A stretch of DNA of 64,000 bases from an uncultured delta proteobacterium (GTDB lineage: Bacteria; Desulfobacterota; Binatia; Binatales; Binataceae): the NCBI GenBank assembly GCA_963794325.1, contig CAWCDG010000003.1, positions 288,001 to 352,000 on the forward strand, written 5' to 3'. Under the pieces are notes generated by a model, which was given only the letters and a program-made list of their open reading frames with translations, searched no databases and was not told the DNA's origin. This document shows positions 9,935 to 21,407 of this stretch, in pieces. Within the stretch, counting starts at the first letter, position 1, and each line of letters begins with the position of its first letter. Position numbers and translations under genes: made by a program.

Positions 9935-10255
9935 TCAGACCGGGGGATTTCCCAGCGCAGCGGGGCCGCCGGGGGTGGTCGTCGAGTCTGAGCGGCTTAG
10001 CCATCGGACTGAGAAGTAGGCGCCGATCCATGAGCCCGATGCGGCGAACACTACGTATACCGAGTTGCCGGTGTAGCTGATTACGGCGAAGGCTGAGAGC
10101 AGGTACCACAGCGCGCTCCACGATGCTGCTCGCGACGGGCGGCGCGCGGTTACTGCCGCGTTGAACATGACGTACACGGCGTCGGTCGCGGCCGTCGATG
10201 CGACGACGCCTGCGGCAATCAGTGGGTTCAGGTTGAGCGTCATCGGCTCCTCCAT
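9935..10255 (-). CDS. Small hypothetical membrane protein
   Basis: Three hydrophobic segments; GGAG before ATG. Confidence 0.6.
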   Translation of the reverse strand: MEEPMTLNLNPLIAAGVVASTAATDAVYVMFNAAVTARRPSRAASWSALWYLLSAFAVISYTGNSVYVVFAASGSWIGAYFSVRWLSRSDSTTTPGGPAALGNPPV

Positions 10256-10280
10256 GCTCCGAAATTCACGATGCTTTCCA

Positions 10281-10320
10281 GCGACCTAACCCCTAACCCC
10301 TTCCCATAGTGGGAAGGGGA
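10281..10320. repeat. Dispersed palindromic repeat family A, copy 1
   Basis: GCGACCTAACCCCTAACCCCTTCCCA-TAG-TGGGAAGGGG; near-identical to 27334-27374. Confidence 0.85.
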
Positions 10321-10336
10321 ACTAGTGTTGAAGCGA

Positions 10337-10834
10337 TTACTTTTTCTTTGCGCCCTCGCTCGCTTTGAAGCGCGCGCTGGCGAGGGTGAAGATTTGCGGG
10401 TTGCCGGTTTGCCAGCTGAGCGTCAGCTTGCATGCGCGGATTTTCCATCCGGCGGGCGTGCGGGCGAATCGATTGGTGTAGTAGCCGAACATCGTTTGCA
10501 TGCTGTCGCCGGTGTCGTTGGGCAAGAAGTGGCGCGCCTGCACGTATGCGATGCAGGTCGCGTTGTCGCCGGCGACCGTGATCACATGATTCGTAATCAT
10601 GTGCTGCGTCGCCGCAAGGCCGCTGAGTGAGCGGCGCGCCGCTTCGGTCCATCGATCGGCGCTGACCTTGCGCGGCGCGCCGCCGAAGACCGATGTGAAG
10701 TCGGTTTCGATTTCGTCAGTGAAGCATGAGCTGAACAGCGGCCAATCGCGCGAATCGAGTCCGGTCGCGTAGCGCAGTTGCACGTCGCTGATTTCGGCGC
10801 GGTCGATCAACAATTGAAGCTTGGCGTTTTCCAT
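10337..10834 (-). CDS. SnoaL-like / NTF2-family protein
   Basis: DRAEISD..RYATGLDSRDW..F..CFT, TQHMITN, GWKI. Confidence 0.88.
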   Translation of the reverse strand: MENAKLQLLIDRAEISDVQLRYATGLDSRDWPLFSSCFTDEIETDFTSVFGGAPRKVSADRWTEAARRSLSGLAATQHMITNHVITVAGDNATCIAYVQARHFLPNDTGDSMQTMFGYYTNRFARTPAGWKIRACKLTLSWQTGNPQIFTLASARFKASEGAKKK

Positions 10835-10960
10835 GATGGTTGTCTCCCTCGGAACAATCGATACGGATAGCGTGGAACTTCAATCCCTGCCTCTACCAAC
10901 AAACGGCGGGCAGTGCGAGAATTTTTTGAAGCGCCGCAATTCGAGGCTTAGGTCTTCTTC

Positions 10961-13333
10961 ATGGCGGAACTACTTTCCGATCAGCAGCTTTCTCTAATCG
11001 ACGCGTACTGGCGCGCGTCCAACTACCTGACCGTCGGCCAGATTTACCTGATGGCGAATCCGCTGCTGCGCGAGCCGCTGGGGCCGGAGCACATCAAGCC
11101 GCGACTGCTGGGGCATTGGGGGACTTCGCCGGGGCAGAATTTTATCTACGTGCATCTCAACCGGCTGATTTGCGAGCACGACGCTGACGTCATCTATATT
11201 TCGGGGCCGGGCCACGGCGGTCCGTCGGTCATGTCGCACACTTATCTCGAGGGCACGTACTCCGAGATTTATCCGCGAATCTCAGAGGACAGCGAGGGGA
11301 TGCGCCTGCTGTTTCGCCAGTTCTCGACCCCGGGCGGGGTGCCGAGTCATGCGGGTCCGCATGTTCCGGGTTCGATCAATGAAGGCGGCGAGCTTGGTTA
11401 TTCATTGGTGCATGCGTTCGGCGCGGCGTTCGACAATCCCGACCTGATCGTCGCGTGCGTGATCGGCGACGGCGAGGCGGAGACCGCGCCGCTCGAAGGC
11501 GGATGGAAAGGCGTAAAGTTTCTCAACCCGGCCCGCGACGGCGCGGTCCTGCCGATCCTCCATCTCAACGGCTACAAGATTTCCGGGCCCACCGTGTTCG
11601 GCCGCGACGACGACCAAGACATCCGCGCGTTGCTCGAAGGCCACGGCTACGAGGCCCACTTTGTCGCGGGCGACGATCCCACGCGGATGCATCGCGAGTT
11701 CGCCGCGACGCTCGACAAATGCTACGCGACGATTCGCGCGATCCAGACCGAGGCGCGCGCTAATGGGATTCCGAAGCGGCCGACTTGGCCCGCGATCGTT
11801 CTGCGAACGCCCAAAGGGTGGACGGGGCCGAAAGTCGTCGATGGCGTGCAGATCGAAGGGACGTTCCGCGCGCATCAGGTGCCGCTCGAAAAAGTGAAAG
11901 AGAACCCCGATCATTTGAAATTGCTCGAAGCGTGGATGCGCAGTTACCGGCCCGACGAATTGTTCGATCAGCGCGGCGCGTTGAAGCCGGAGATCAAAGC
12001 GATGGCGCCGAAGGGAACTCGCCGGATGGGCGCGAATCCACACGCCAACGGCGGACTGCTGACCGTCGCGCTCGATATTCCGTCGTTCACCGAATATGCG
12101 GTGAAGCTCGAACAGCCGGGTAGCGTCAAAGTCGAATCGACGCGTCCCTTCGGCAAGATGATCCGCGATATCTTCACGCGCAATTCGAAGCAGCAGAACT
12201 TTCGCCTGTTCTGTCCCGACGAGACCAACTCCAATCGGCTGGGCGACGTGTTCGAGGTCGAGAATCGATGCCTGGTGAGCCGCATCGAGAGTTACGACGA
12301 TCACGTTTCGCCCGACGGCCGCGTGATGGAAGTGCTGAGCGAGCATTGCCACCAGGGATGGCTCGAAGGTTACACGCTGACCGGTCGCCATGGGGTTTTC
12401 GCGTCGTACGAGGCGTTCGCGATGATCGTCGACTCGATGGCGGCGCAGCATTCGAAGTGGATCGAGACGTGCAGGGCGGAGCTACCGTGGCGCCGTCCGA
12501 TTCCGTCGCTGAACTACCTGCTCACTTCGACCTGCTGGCGCAACGATCACAACGGCTTCAGCCATCAGGGCCCCGGCTTCATCGACACTCTGCTGACCAA
12601 GCGCGGAATCGTGTCGCGAATCTACCTGCCGCCCGACGCGAACTGCCTGCTGTCGGTCGCTGACCATTGTCTGCGCAGCCGCGATTACATCAATTTGATC
12701 GTGATCGACAAGCAGATGCATCCGGTGTGGCTCGACATCGACGCGGCCCGCGAGCATTGTTCGCGCGGCGCGTCAGTCTGGCGTTGGGCTGGCAACGACA
12801 ACGAAAACGGCAAGGAGCCCGATCTTGTGATCGCGTGCGCCGGCGACGTGATGACCGAAGAGGCGATCGCGGCGGCATGGCTGTTCCGCAAGTATCTGCC
12901 CGAGATGAAGATCCGGGTCGTGAACGTCGTCGATCTGATGACGCTGTTTCCGCCCGATCGTCATCCGCACGGCATGAGCGAGGATTATTTTGCCGAGCTC
13001 TTCACGCGCGACAAGGACGTCATCTTCGCCTTTCACGGTTACCCCGGCGAGGTTCATCAGATCCTGCATGGCCGCCCCAATCCGGATCGCTTTCACGTGC
13101 GCGGCTACGTCGAGGAGGGGACTACGACGACGCCCTTCGACATGCTGGTTCTGAACAGGGCGAGCCGATATCACCTGTGCATCGAGGGATTGCGTCGCGC
13201 GCCGCGTTACCAGGAGCGCGCGCGCGAGCTGATCAAGATGACCGAAGACGCGCTCGACGCACATCGCAAGTACGTGGTCGAGCATCTCGAAGACATGCCC
13301 GCCATTCGCAACTGGAAATGGACGCCCGACTAA
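10961..13333 (+). CDS. xfp: Phosphoketolase (X5P/F6P)
   Basis: [40 protein letters not shown]. Confidence 0.96.
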   Translation: MAELLSDQQLSLIDAYWRASNYLTVGQIYLMANPLLREPLGPEHIKPRLLGHWGTSPGQNFIYVHLNRLICEHDADVIYISGPGHGGPSVMSHTYLEGTYSEIYPRISEDSEGMRLLFRQFSTPGGVPSHAGPHVPGSINEGGELGYSLVHAFGAAFDNPDLIVACVIGDGEAETAPLEGGWKGVKFLNPARDGAVLPILHLNGYKISGPTVFGRDDDQDIRALLEGHGYEAHFVAGDDPTRMHREFAATLDKCYATIRAIQTEARANGIPKRPTWPAIVLRTPKGWTGPKVVDGVQIEGTFRAHQVPLEKVKENPDHLKLLEAWMRSYRPDELFDQRGALKPEIKAMAPKGTRRMGANPHANGGLLTVALDIPSFTEYAVKLEQPGSVKVESTRPFGKMIRDIFTRNSKQQNFRLFCPDETNSNRLGDVFEVENRCLVSRIESYDDHVSPDGRVMEVLSEHCHQGWLEGYTLTGRHGVFASYEAFAMIVDSMAAQHSKWIETCRAELPWRRPIPSLNYLLTSTCWRNDHNGFSHQGPGFIDTLLTKRGIVSRIYLPPDANCLLSVADHCLRSRDYINLIVIDKQMHPVWLDIDAAREHCSRGASVWRWAGNDNENGKEPDLVIACAGDVMTEEAIAAAWLFRKYLPEMKIRVVNVVDLMTLFPPDRHPHGMSEDYFAELFTRDKDVIFAFHGYPGEVHQILHGRPNPDRFHVRGYVEEGTTTTPFDMLVLNRASRYHLCIEGLRRAPRYQERARELIKMTEDALDAHRKYVVEHLEDMPAIRNWKWTPD

Positions 13334-13337
13334 TTCT

Positions 13338-14999
13338 ATGAAAGTAAACCCACTCGCAGGAAAACCTGTCGATCAATCGCAGCTGGTCGACGTGCCGCGA
13401 CTGATCACCGCGTACTACAGTCTCGTGCCCGACCCCGCCAATCCCGCCGAGCGCGTCTCGTTCGGCACGTCGGGGCATCGCGGGTCTGCGTTCGACACCG
13501 CGTTCAACGAGGCGCACATCGTCGCGATCAGCCAGGCGATTTGTCTCTATCGCAAGAGTCAGAACATCAGCGGGCCGCTCTACCTAGGGATGGACACGCA
13601 CGCGCTGTCGGTGCCGGCGTTCGCCATTGCGCTCGAAGTGCTGGCCGCCAACGAGGTCGAGACGATGGTCGATGCCGCGGGCGGCTACACGCCAACGCCG
13701 GCGATCTCGCACGCGATCCTGACCTACAATCGCGGCCGTAAGAACGGGCTCGCCGACGGGATTGTGATCACGCCGTCGCACAATCCGCCCGCTGACGGCG
13801 GCTTCAAGTACAATCCGCCCAACGGCGGCCCGGCCGATACCGCAGTCACCGACTGGATTCAGAATACGGCCAACGATTTTCTCAAGAACAAGCTCGCCGG
13901 AGTGAAGCGCGTTCCGTATGAGAGCGCGCTCAAGTCCGCGACGCTTCACAAGCACGATTACATCGCAGCCTACGTCGGCGATTTGAGCAACGTCATCGAC
14001 ATGGAATCGATTCGCAGCGCCGGCGTGCAGGTCGGAATCGATCCACTCGGCGGCGCGGCGGTGCATTACTGGCCGGCGGTGATCGAGAAGTACAAGATCA
14101 AGGCGACGGTGATCAGCGACGTCGTCGACCCGACGTTTCGTTTCATGACCGCCGACTGGGACGGCAAGATCCGGATGGACTGCTCGTCGCCGTATGCGAT
14201 GGTGCGTTTGCTCGCGATGCGCGATCGTTTCGACGTTGCGTTTGCCAACGACACCGACGCCGACCGCCACGGAATAGTCACTCGATCCGCAGGGCTGATG
14301 AATCCGAATCACTACCTGGCGGTCGCGATCTCGTACCTGTTTCGCAATCGCCCGCGATGGCGCAAGGACGCCGCCGTCGGCAAGACGGTGGTCAGCAGCA
14401 GTATGATCGATCGTGTCGCGGCGAGTCTCGAGCGCAAGCTGATTGAGACTCCGGTCGGCTTCAAGTGGTTCGTGGACGGGCTGCTCGATGGATCGGTCGG
14501 CTTCTGCGGCGAGGAAAGCGCGGGCGCGTCCTGTCTGCGCACCGACGGAACCGTGTGGACGACCGACAAGGACGGTCTCATTTTCGGCCTGCTGGCCGCG
14601 GAGATGACGGCGCGCGAAGGGCGCGATCCGGGTGCGATGTACACAGACCTCACGAAGAAGTTCGGTGCGCCAGCCTATGAGCGCATCGACGCACCCGCGA
14701 CGCTCGCGCAAAAGGAGATTCTGAAGAAACTCACGCCGGAGAAACTCGACGCGCACGAACTGGCGGGCGAGAAGATTCTCAAAACGCTGACGGTCGCGCC
14801 CGGCAATGGCGCGGCAATCGGTGGAATCAAGGTGATCGCGAAAAGCGGATGGTTCGCGGCGCGTCCGTCGGGCACCGAAGAGGTTTACAAGATCTACGCG
14901 GAGAGTTTTCGTGGCACCGATCAGCTCCATCAGATCCAGGCCGAGGCGCAGGAACTGATCGCGCGAGTCTTCAAGCAGGCCGAATCGAAGAGCGGCTGA
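13338..14999 (+). CDS. pgm: Phosphoglucomutase
   Basis: FGTSGHRG, TPSHNP, DTDADR, GEESAG, RPSGTE. Confidence 0.96.
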   Translation: MKVNPLAGKPVDQSQLVDVPRLITAYYSLVPDPANPAERVSFGTSGHRGSAFDTAFNEAHIVAISQAICLYRKSQNISGPLYLGMDTHALSVPAFAIALEVLAANEVETMVDAAGGYTPTPAISHAILTYNRGRKNGLADGIVITPSHNPPADGGFKYNPPNGGPADTAVTDWIQNTANDFLKNKLAGVKRVPYESALKSATLHKHDYIAAYVGDLSNVIDMESIRSAGVQVGIDPLGGAAVHYWPAVIEKYKIKATVISDVVDPTFRFMTADWDGKIRMDCSSPYAMVRLLAMRDRFDVAFANDTDADRHGIVTRSAGLMNPNHYLAVAISYLFRNRPRWRKDAAVGKTVVSSSMIDRVAASLERKLIETPVGFKWFVDGLLDGSVGFCGEESAGASCLRTDGTVWTTDKDGLIFGLLAAEMTAREGRDPGAMYTDLTKKFGAPAYERIDAPATLAQKEILKKLTPEKLDAHELAGEKILKTLTVAPGNGAAIGGIKVIAKSGWFAARPSGTEEVYKIYAESFRGTDQLHQIQAEAQELIARVFKQAESKSG

Positions 15000-15012
15000 A
15001 GGAAAAGGCTGG

Positions 15013-15349
15013 TTGCCGGCGCGTAACGTTATACTCTGCATCAACGTCGGCTCGTCGTCGTGCAAGTTCGCGCTGCACCAGATCAGAAAATCAGTCGGCG
15101 CGTTGCCGGCGCGCTCGGCGGGTCGGATATGCGGTCGTCACCGGCGGGATCGGTGAACATGCCGCGGCAATCGGTGGCGAAGTCTGCGCAGGGCGGGAAA
15201 ATCTCGGTATCGCGATCGGTCCGCCACGCAACATATTCGAGCGCAGACACCGATCAGTTCGAGCCGCCAGCAAATGCCGGGTGCGCGCAATTCCGACCAA
15301 CGAAAATCTCATGGTCGCTCGACATACGGCTGCACTGGTATTTGAATAG
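15013..15349 (+). pseudogene. ackA: Acetate kinase remnant with large internal deletion and frameshifts
   Basis: N-terminal ILCINVGSSSCKFAL joined directly to C-terminal QIRKSVGA/AGALGGSDM/VVTGGIGEH...IPTNENLMVARHT across three frames. Confidence 0.85.
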
Positions 15350-15360
15350 AGGCAACCGCG

Positions 15361-15927
15361 ATGAAGCTTTATTTCGCACCGCAGACCAGGGCAATCCGGC
15401 CGCTGATCATGCTCGAAGAACTGGAAGTGCCGTACGAAACGGTCCTGATCGATTTCAAAGCCGGCGAGCATGAGAGCGACGAGTATCGAAAGATTCATCC
15501 GCACGGACAATTGCCCGCGCTGAAAGATGGCACGCTCACGATGTTCGAGTCGGCGGCGATCTGTGCGTATCTCGCGGACAAGTTCCCGGACAAGCGGATG
15601 GCGCCGGCGCTCGGCACCGTCGAGCGCGGGATGTACTACCAGTGGATGTTCTACTCGATGTCGGCGCTCGAAGGATTCGCACTCGACCGCGAGCGAATGA
15701 AGGAATGTTTTCTGGTGCTCGATCGCGTCCTGAGCGGACGGAAATACCTCGTCGGCGACAAGATGACGGCGGCTGACGTGATGATCGGATCGGGAGTCGT
15801 ATGGCTCGACGCACGGCATCATCTGTTGGATGACTTCCCGTCGCTGGACGCCTATGCGCAGCGCCTGATCGCGCGGCCGTCATTCCAGCGCGCGTTCGCG
15901 CCGCCCAGCCAGGCCGTGCAACGATAA
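15361..15927 (+). CDS. Glutathione S-transferase family protein
   Basis: IHPHGQLPAL, FESAAICAYLAD, YLVGDKMTAAD. Confidence 0.92.
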   Translation: MKLYFAPQTRAIRPLIMLEELEVPYETVLIDFKAGEHESDEYRKIHPHGQLPALKDGTLTMFESAAICAYLADKFPDKRMAPALGTVERGMYYQWMFYSMSALEGFALDRERMKECFLVLDRVLSGRKYLVGDKMTAADVMIGSGVVWLDARHHLLDDFPSLDAYAQRLIARPSFQRAFAPPSQAVQR

Positions 15928-15937
15928 AATTCTCTGG

Positions 15938-16639
15938 ATGTGCGGACGATTCACAATCACCCGCCGCGACGGCAACTCGCTGGCTGCGGAACTTGGCGTG
16001 CCGGCGGATTCGTTCGTCGACTATCGGCCTCGCTACAACGTCGCGCCGACACAGAGTCATTTCATTGTCAGGATCAAGTACGAAAATCGGGAAGTGATTC
16101 CCGCAACCTGGGGACTCATCAAGAGTGGCTCGAGGGACGCCAGCATGGCGGCGAAAACGATCAACGCGAGATCGGAGACCGTCGATACGCGAGGCGCATT
16201 CCGAGACGCGTTCCAGAAGCGTCGATGCGTCGTGCCGGCCGACGGCTTCTTCGAATGGACCGGGCCGAAGACCGCGCGACAGCCGACGTGGTTCCATCGC
16301 GAGGACAGCCGGCTGCTGCTGTTCGCCGGCCTCTACGAAGCATGGCAGAAAGAGCAGGGCGTCTGGCAGACGACCTTCACGATTCTGACCACGTCAGCCA
16401 ACGCGCTGCTCGAGTCCTATCACGACCGGATGCCGGTGATCCTGGCCGACCGAGACGCCGACGACTGGATGGACCCGCGCGCGCCCGATCCTCACGCGCT
16501 CAAGCGCCTCCTGGTTCCTGCGCCCGCGGAGCTGCTGACCGCAACTCCAGTCTCGCCCGAGGTCAACAACGTAGACAACGATTCCCCCGACCTCCTGCAG
16601 CCAGCCGGGCAGATGAGTCTTTCGCTGCGAAGCGGTTAG
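15938..16639 (+). CDS. SOS response-associated peptidase (SRAP/YedK/HMCES family)
   Basis: N-terminal MCGRF, RYNVAPTQ, INARSET, GFFEW, HDRMPVIL. Confidence 0.95.
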   Translation: MCGRFTITRRDGNSLAAELGVPADSFVDYRPRYNVAPTQSHFIVRIKYENREVIPATWGLIKSGSRDASMAAKTINARSETVDTRGAFRDAFQKRRCVVPADGFFEWTGPKTARQPTWFHREDSRLLLFAGLYEAWQKEQGVWQTTFTILTTSANALLESYHDRMPVILADRDADDWMDPRAPDPHALKRLLVPAPAELLTATPVSPEVNNVDNDSPDLLQPAGQMSLSLRSG

Positions 16640-16884
16640 ATCAACGCGGCAACCACTTTTTGGCGATCGCTCTCACCAAGCGCCAATAGGACGGCGCTGG
16701 TCGCTGCTTTGGTGACGGACCGATCTTCGGCAACGTTCGTGCTCTCTCAGCAGTCTTTGTCTTCTGACTGCCTCGCTTAGCCTTCCTTCGACTACTCCGA
16801 CGCACGCTCAAAAATCACCGACCGGGCACAAACCTTGCGCATGGTGGGTCGGATGCGTTCGCGCTCGGCAAGTCGAAAGGCACG

Positions 16885-19800
16885 ATGGTTCTCAAATACA
16901 TAGTCACTCGAGTTTCAATCACGGCGCTGGCGATTCTCCTGTGCGTGGCGGGATCGTCGGCGGCGGATGCATCAAACAAGCCTCGACCCGTGGTGCTATC
17001 CACGAATCCAGCTGGCGGCGCCGTCGATGTGGACGTGCAGACCAGTATCACCGTGAACTTCAGCCTGCCGATGAAGTGCGAATCGATAAACAAACATTCC
17101 TTTCGGCTCAAGCCGGTCAGATCCCGGGATATCGCAGCGAGCAGCATCACCTGCAGCGGTAGCATCGCGAGCTTTACCCCGACGAGAAATTTGGAGTTCA
17201 GCACTGGCTACAAAATATATTTCGTCGGAAGGGTCAGAGCTGCCAACGGAGAAAAGCTGAAGGATCGATTCAGTTCGTTTTTCACCACTGGTCCGAACTC
17301 CAGGCCTCCGCCCACCGCAACTGCCACATCTACCCCTACTGCGACTGCCACCGACACTCAGACTGCCACCGCCACCGCAACTCCGACGGCCACTGCCACG
17401 GCGACCGCAACTGATACGCCTACGGTTACTGCGACCCCAACTCTAACCGCCACCGACACTCAGACCGCGACATCCACCGCGACTCCGACCGATACGGCGA
17501 CATCGACTCCAACGGCGAGCGCAACTGATACTCAGACGGCCACTGCAACTGCGACCGACACAGCGACGCCGACCGCAACTTCGACAGCCACTGATACGGC
17601 TACAGCAACCCCAACTGCGACTGCCACGACGACTGCAACTCCGACCGACACGGCTACAGCTACGGCGACCCCAACGACGACCGCCACCGACACCCAGACC
17701 GCGACATCCACCGCAACTTCGACAGCGACCGATACAGCGACCGCGACGGATACGCCGACATCGACTCCAACGGCGAGCGCAACTGATACTCAGACGGCCA
17801 CTGCAACTGCGACCGACACGGCGACCGCGACCGCAACTTCGACAGCGACCGATACGGCGACCGCGACTGATACGGCTACGGCGACCTCAACGGCAACCGC
17901 CACAGAAACTCAGACTGCCACGGCCACCGACACGCCGACGCCGACCGCAACTTCGACTGCGACCGATACGGCGACCGCGACCGATACTCAGACTGCGACA
18001 GCGACCGCAACTCCGACCGACACCGCGACCGCGACGGATACGGCGACCTCAACGGCAACCGCCACCGACACTCAGACTGCCACGGCCACCGACACGCCGA
18101 CGCCGACTGCAACTTCGACGGCGACTGATACGGCGACCGCGACCGATACGGCTACAGCGACGGCGACTCTGACGGCGACTGCCACAAACACTCAGACCTC
18201 TACCGCGACCGCAACTCCGACCGACACGGCAACGCCGACCGCAACTTCGACAGCCACCGATACGGCGACCGCGACCGATACGGCTACAGCTACGGCGACT
18301 GGGACGGCGACTGCGACCGACACTCAGACTGCAACAGACACCGCAACTTCGACCGACACGGCGACGCCGACTGCAACTCCGACCGACACTGCGACGGCGA
18401 CTGACACGGCTACAGATACGGCGACTGCCACCGACACTCAGACGGCAACGGCGACTGCAACTTCGACAGCCACCGATACGGCGACCGATACTCAGACTGC
18501 GACAGCCACCGCGACTCCGACCGACACCGCGACCGCCACGGATACGGCTACTGATACGGCGACTGCCACCGACACTCAGACGGCAACGGCGACTGCAACT
18601 TCGACAGCCACCGATACGGCGACCGATACTCAGACTGCGACAGCCACCGCAACTCCGACCGACACCGCGACCGCCACGGATACGGCTACTGATACGGCGA
18701 CTGCCACCGACACTGCGACGGATACCGCCACCGCGACTCCGACCGACACGGCCACCGATACTGCCACCGACACGCCGACAGCCACTGCGACCGCCACCGA
18801 TACTTCGACCTCGACAACCTCCGCGACCCCAACTGCCACCGCTACCGCGGTTCCGCCTGTAGTGATTTCGACCAGCCCTGCGGCTATAGGATGCGGCGGA
18901 CAGGGGATGGGGACCAATCAGGAAATTACGGCAACCTTCAACGAGCCGATGGACTCTGCGTCGATCCTCGCCTCAGGAACTTTCATCGTGACCGGCCCTG
19001 GTGCGACGCCGGTATCGGGGGTCGTCACCTACGATACGACCAACAACATCGCAGTCTTTGCACCAACCGGAGGTAACTTCGCAACCGGCACGACCTTCAC
19101 CGCGACGCTCACAACTGCGGCCCAAAGCTCGGGGCTTTTGCCCTTGGCGAGCAACTACGTTTGGACCTTTACGACCGGTGCGAGCACCAACACCACGGCG
19201 CCGCTGGTGAGCTCCACAAATCCCGTCGCTACCTCATCTGGCGCGGGCACTAACCAGAAACTCACCGCTACGTTCAGCGAAGCGATGGACGCCACAACCC
19301 TCACGCCAACGACATTTTCGTTGGTCGGACCCGGCGATGCGTTGATTCCGGGTACGGTGACCTACTCCACGACTGGCGCGACCGCAACCTTCACGCCGAG
19401 CAGCGCCCTCCTCGCCGGCGGTACATACATTGCCGTTATCTCGACTGCGGTAACCGATCTGGCTGGCAATGCACTTGCGAGCGACTTTATTTGGGGTTTC
19501 ACCACGGGGGCTATCACCGACACTGTTGCCCCGACAGTTAGTTCTACCAACCCGGTCGACGCGGCCCCTGGTGTAGGTATCGACGCTTCAATCAACGCAT
19601 CCTTTGACAAGGCGATGGACCCCGCGACGCTCAATCCGGTGACGTTCACCGTTACCGGACCGGGATCAACGGCGGTAGCCGGACAGGTCACCTACGACGT
19701 CCCCGACATGATCGTGACCTTTACCCCGGCCAGCCCGCTCGCCGCCAGCTCCACATTCACCGCGGCGCTGACCGGAGCCCTGGATCTCGCCGGCAATCCG

Positions 19801-20490
19801 CTGCCAACCTTCGCGTGGACCTTCAATACCGGCGCGACAGCCACCGGTCTGTCGCCGATAGACTTGGGCGCAGCCACTAACTTCGCCGCCTTCGCGCAAG
19901 CGACGATCACCAATTCCGGTACAACAACAGTCAACGGCGATCTTGGTTTGACACCGGGCCTCTCGGTGACAGGATTCTTGCCCGGACAAGTGAATGGGAC
20001 AATTCAGCTTGACAATTCTGCCGCGGCCGCGGCCTTGGCCTCCTTGACGGCCGCGTACAACAACGTGCAAGGACTGTCGGGGGCAACGATCATAGCGGAA
20101 AATCTGGCGGGGCTAACTCTTCCTCCGGGGCTCTATGCATCCTCTCTGAACTCGTTCGAGATAAGCTCGGCCAACCTGACTCTGGACGCCCAAGGCGATC
20201 CGAATGCGGTCTGGGTCTTCCAGATGCCCGGCTCAACTCTCACGCTGACCGCTCCTGGCTGCAATGTGATTCTGAAAAACGGCGCAGAGCCTTCCAACAT
20301 CTTCTGGCAGGTTGGCACTTCTGCGACTATCGCCGGCGGCTGCGTCCTGCAAGGCAGCATGTTAGTCGATACCTCGATTTCGCTGGCGTTGGGCGCTACG
20401 GTCAACGGACGCGCGATGGCAGGTGCGATTACTGGTACCGGCGCCGTCACCATGATCTCCAACAATGTCACTCGTCCTGCCTGCAACTGA
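16885..20490 (+). CDS. Secreted multidomain protein: Ig-like domain + Thr-X stalk + three Ig-like (SbsA/Big_5-type) domains + DUF3494 ice-binding-family domain
   Basis: Signal peptide; repeats of P.V.STNP...ATF.E.MD...DLAGN.L...W.FTTG; C-terminal [45 protein letters not shown]. Confidence 0.88.
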   Translation: MVLKYIVTRVSITALAILLCVAGSSAADASNKPRPVVLSTNPAGGAVDVDVQTSITVNFSLPMKCESINKHSFRLKPVRSRDIAASSITCSGSIASFTPTRNLEFSTGYKIYFVGRVRAANGEKLKDRFSSFFTTGPNSRPPPTATATSTPTATATDTQTATATATPTATATATATDTPTVTATPTLTATDTQTATSTATPTDTATSTPTASATDTQTATATATDTATPTATSTATDTATATPTATATTTATPTDTATATATPTTTATDTQTATSTATSTATDTATATDTPTSTPTASATDTQTATATATDTATATATSTATDTATATDTATATSTATATETQTATATDTPTPTATSTATDTATATDTQTATATATPTDTATATDTATSTATATDTQTATATDTPTPTATSTATDTATATDTATATATLTATATNTQTSTATATPTDTATPTATSTATDTATATDTATATATGTATATDTQTATDTATSTDTATPTATPTDTATATDTATDTATATDTQTATATATSTATDTATDTQTATATATPTDTATATDTATDTATATDTQTATATATSTATDTATDTQTATATATPTDTATATDTATDTATATDTATDTATATPTDTATDTATDTPTATATATDTSTSTTSATPTATATAVPPVVISTSPAAIGCGGQGMGTNQEITATFNEPMDSASILASGTFIVTGPGATPVSGVVTYDTTNNIAVFAPTGGNFATGTTFTATLTTAAQSSGLLPLASNYVWTFTTGASTNTTAPLVSSTNPVATSSGAGTNQKLTATFSEAMDATTLTPTTFSLVGPGDALIPGTVTYSTTGATATFTPSSALLAGGTYIAVISTAVTDLAGNALASDFIWGFTTGAITDTVAPTVSSTNPVDAAPGVGIDASINASFDKAMDPATLNPVTFTVTGPGSTAVAGQVTYDVPDMIVTFTPASPLAASSTFTAALTGALDLAGNPLPTFAWTFNTGATATGLSPIDLGAATNFAAFAQATITNSGTTTVNGDLGLTPGLSVTGFLPGQVNGTIQLDNSAAAAALASLTAAYNNVQGLSGATIIAENLAGLTLPPGLYASSLNSFEISSANLTLDAQGDPNAVWVFQMPGSTLTLTAPGCNVILKNGAEPSNIFWQVGTSATIAGGCVLQGSMLVDTSISLALGATVNGRAMAGAITGTGAVTMISNNVTRPACN
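17314..18849 (+). repeat. Low-complexity coding repeat, (Thr-X)n, ~512 codons, with nested duplications
   Basis: Thr/Ser at essentially every second codon; 138-bp near-perfect tandem unit starting at 18421 and 18559. Confidence 0.95.
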
Positions 20491-20567
20491 GTGACGTTGG
20501 CACAAGTCGCTGGTTTGCTATCGATAGGCAGGAAGCGAATGAGTATCGACGAGTCTAACAGCGCAAA

Positions 20568-21281
20568 TTACTTCTGGCTGTGCGCGGTGCCGAAGTAGTC
20601 GCCGCCTTTCGGGTGATGATCTTCTCCGCCCCACTTGATGTCGTGATCCATCCGCTGCATCGGCGGGATGTGTTTCGAGCATTGTACGTAGGCCTCTTCT
20701 ACTGAGACCATTACCCATCGTTCCAGGTGGCCGCCGTCGCTTTCTATGATATCCTTCAGAACTGCGTCTCCCAGCACTGCTTGCTCCGCTGGATGGTCCT
20801 TCAGGAATTCCAGGAAGTCGTCGTTCTCAACTATCTTTGCGCCACCATTTATGTGGAGGCCTATCTGCTCCCCGAAGTCTATGAACAACAAGCCTGCATG
20901 CGGATTTTCCGAAATGTTACCGAGACTCGCCATCACGCCGTTGCCGCGATATTCGGGATAGGCGACGGTGCGCTCGTCGAGGACTTTCACAAAACCCGCA
21001 TGACCGCATCGAAAGGACGAGTCTGCATTTCCTTGTCCGTCCGCCGTGCCGACGAACATCATTTCCTGCCGGACGATAAACGCCTGCATCGCTGAATTGA
21101 GATGGTTCAGGACCTGGTGCTTGTAGAACGCCATCGCATGAGTGGTCCTTCCGTATTTCTCCTGCAAGCGATGCTCCCCGTCACAACCCGGCATCGAAGA
21201 CTGATCGGCTTCCACCTGTACGATGACTTCCACTCGTTCTTCGACCAGAACCACCACCTTGTCGTCGCCATCCGATCCCAT
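20568..21281 (-). CDS. Pyridoxamine 5'-phosphate oxidase-family protein
   Basis: DSSFRCG..GFV, YPEYRGNGVMASLGNISENPHAGLLFIDF, EEAYVQCSKHIP; GGAGG RBS before ATG 21281. Confidence 0.85.
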   Translation of the reverse strand: MGSDGDDKVVVLVEERVEVIVQVEADQSSMPGCDGEHRLQEKYGRTTHAMAFYKHQVLNHLNSAMQAFIVRQEMMFVGTADGQGNADSSFRCGHAGFVKVLDERTVAYPEYRGNGVMASLGNISENPHAGLLFIDFGEQIGLHINGGAKIVENDDFLEFLKDHPAEQAVLGDAVLKDIIESDGGHLERWVMVSVEEAYVQCSKHIPPMQRMDHDIKWGGEDHHPKGGDYFGTAHSQK

Positions 21282-21407
21282 TTGTAACCCTCCCTGGTTC
21301 GCGCGGGTTGAAGAATACAGTACAAGAGTGCGGAGTAGCCAACCTGCGGCATCGCCCGCGATGCTCAATTGATGCACTTTCCCGCGCGTGATATTTGAAT
21401 GGGTTCG

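Noticed and set aside
13584-15065. Long antisense or alternate-frame ORFs (also 11402-12451, 23060-24352, 30819-32306, 42879-44651, 45603-47213)
   Set aside because: Shadow frames of high-GC genes; no motifs, and they largely overlap well-supported CDSs
15361-16639. GST-SRAP pair as a mutagenesis or defence cassette
   Set aside because: No imuA/dnaE2/umu genes, LexA box or mobile-element gene nearby
17314-18849. Repeat region as a CRISPR array or non-coding repeat
   Set aside because: It is an in-frame codon-level repeat with synonymous variation and has no constant repeat/unique spacer structure
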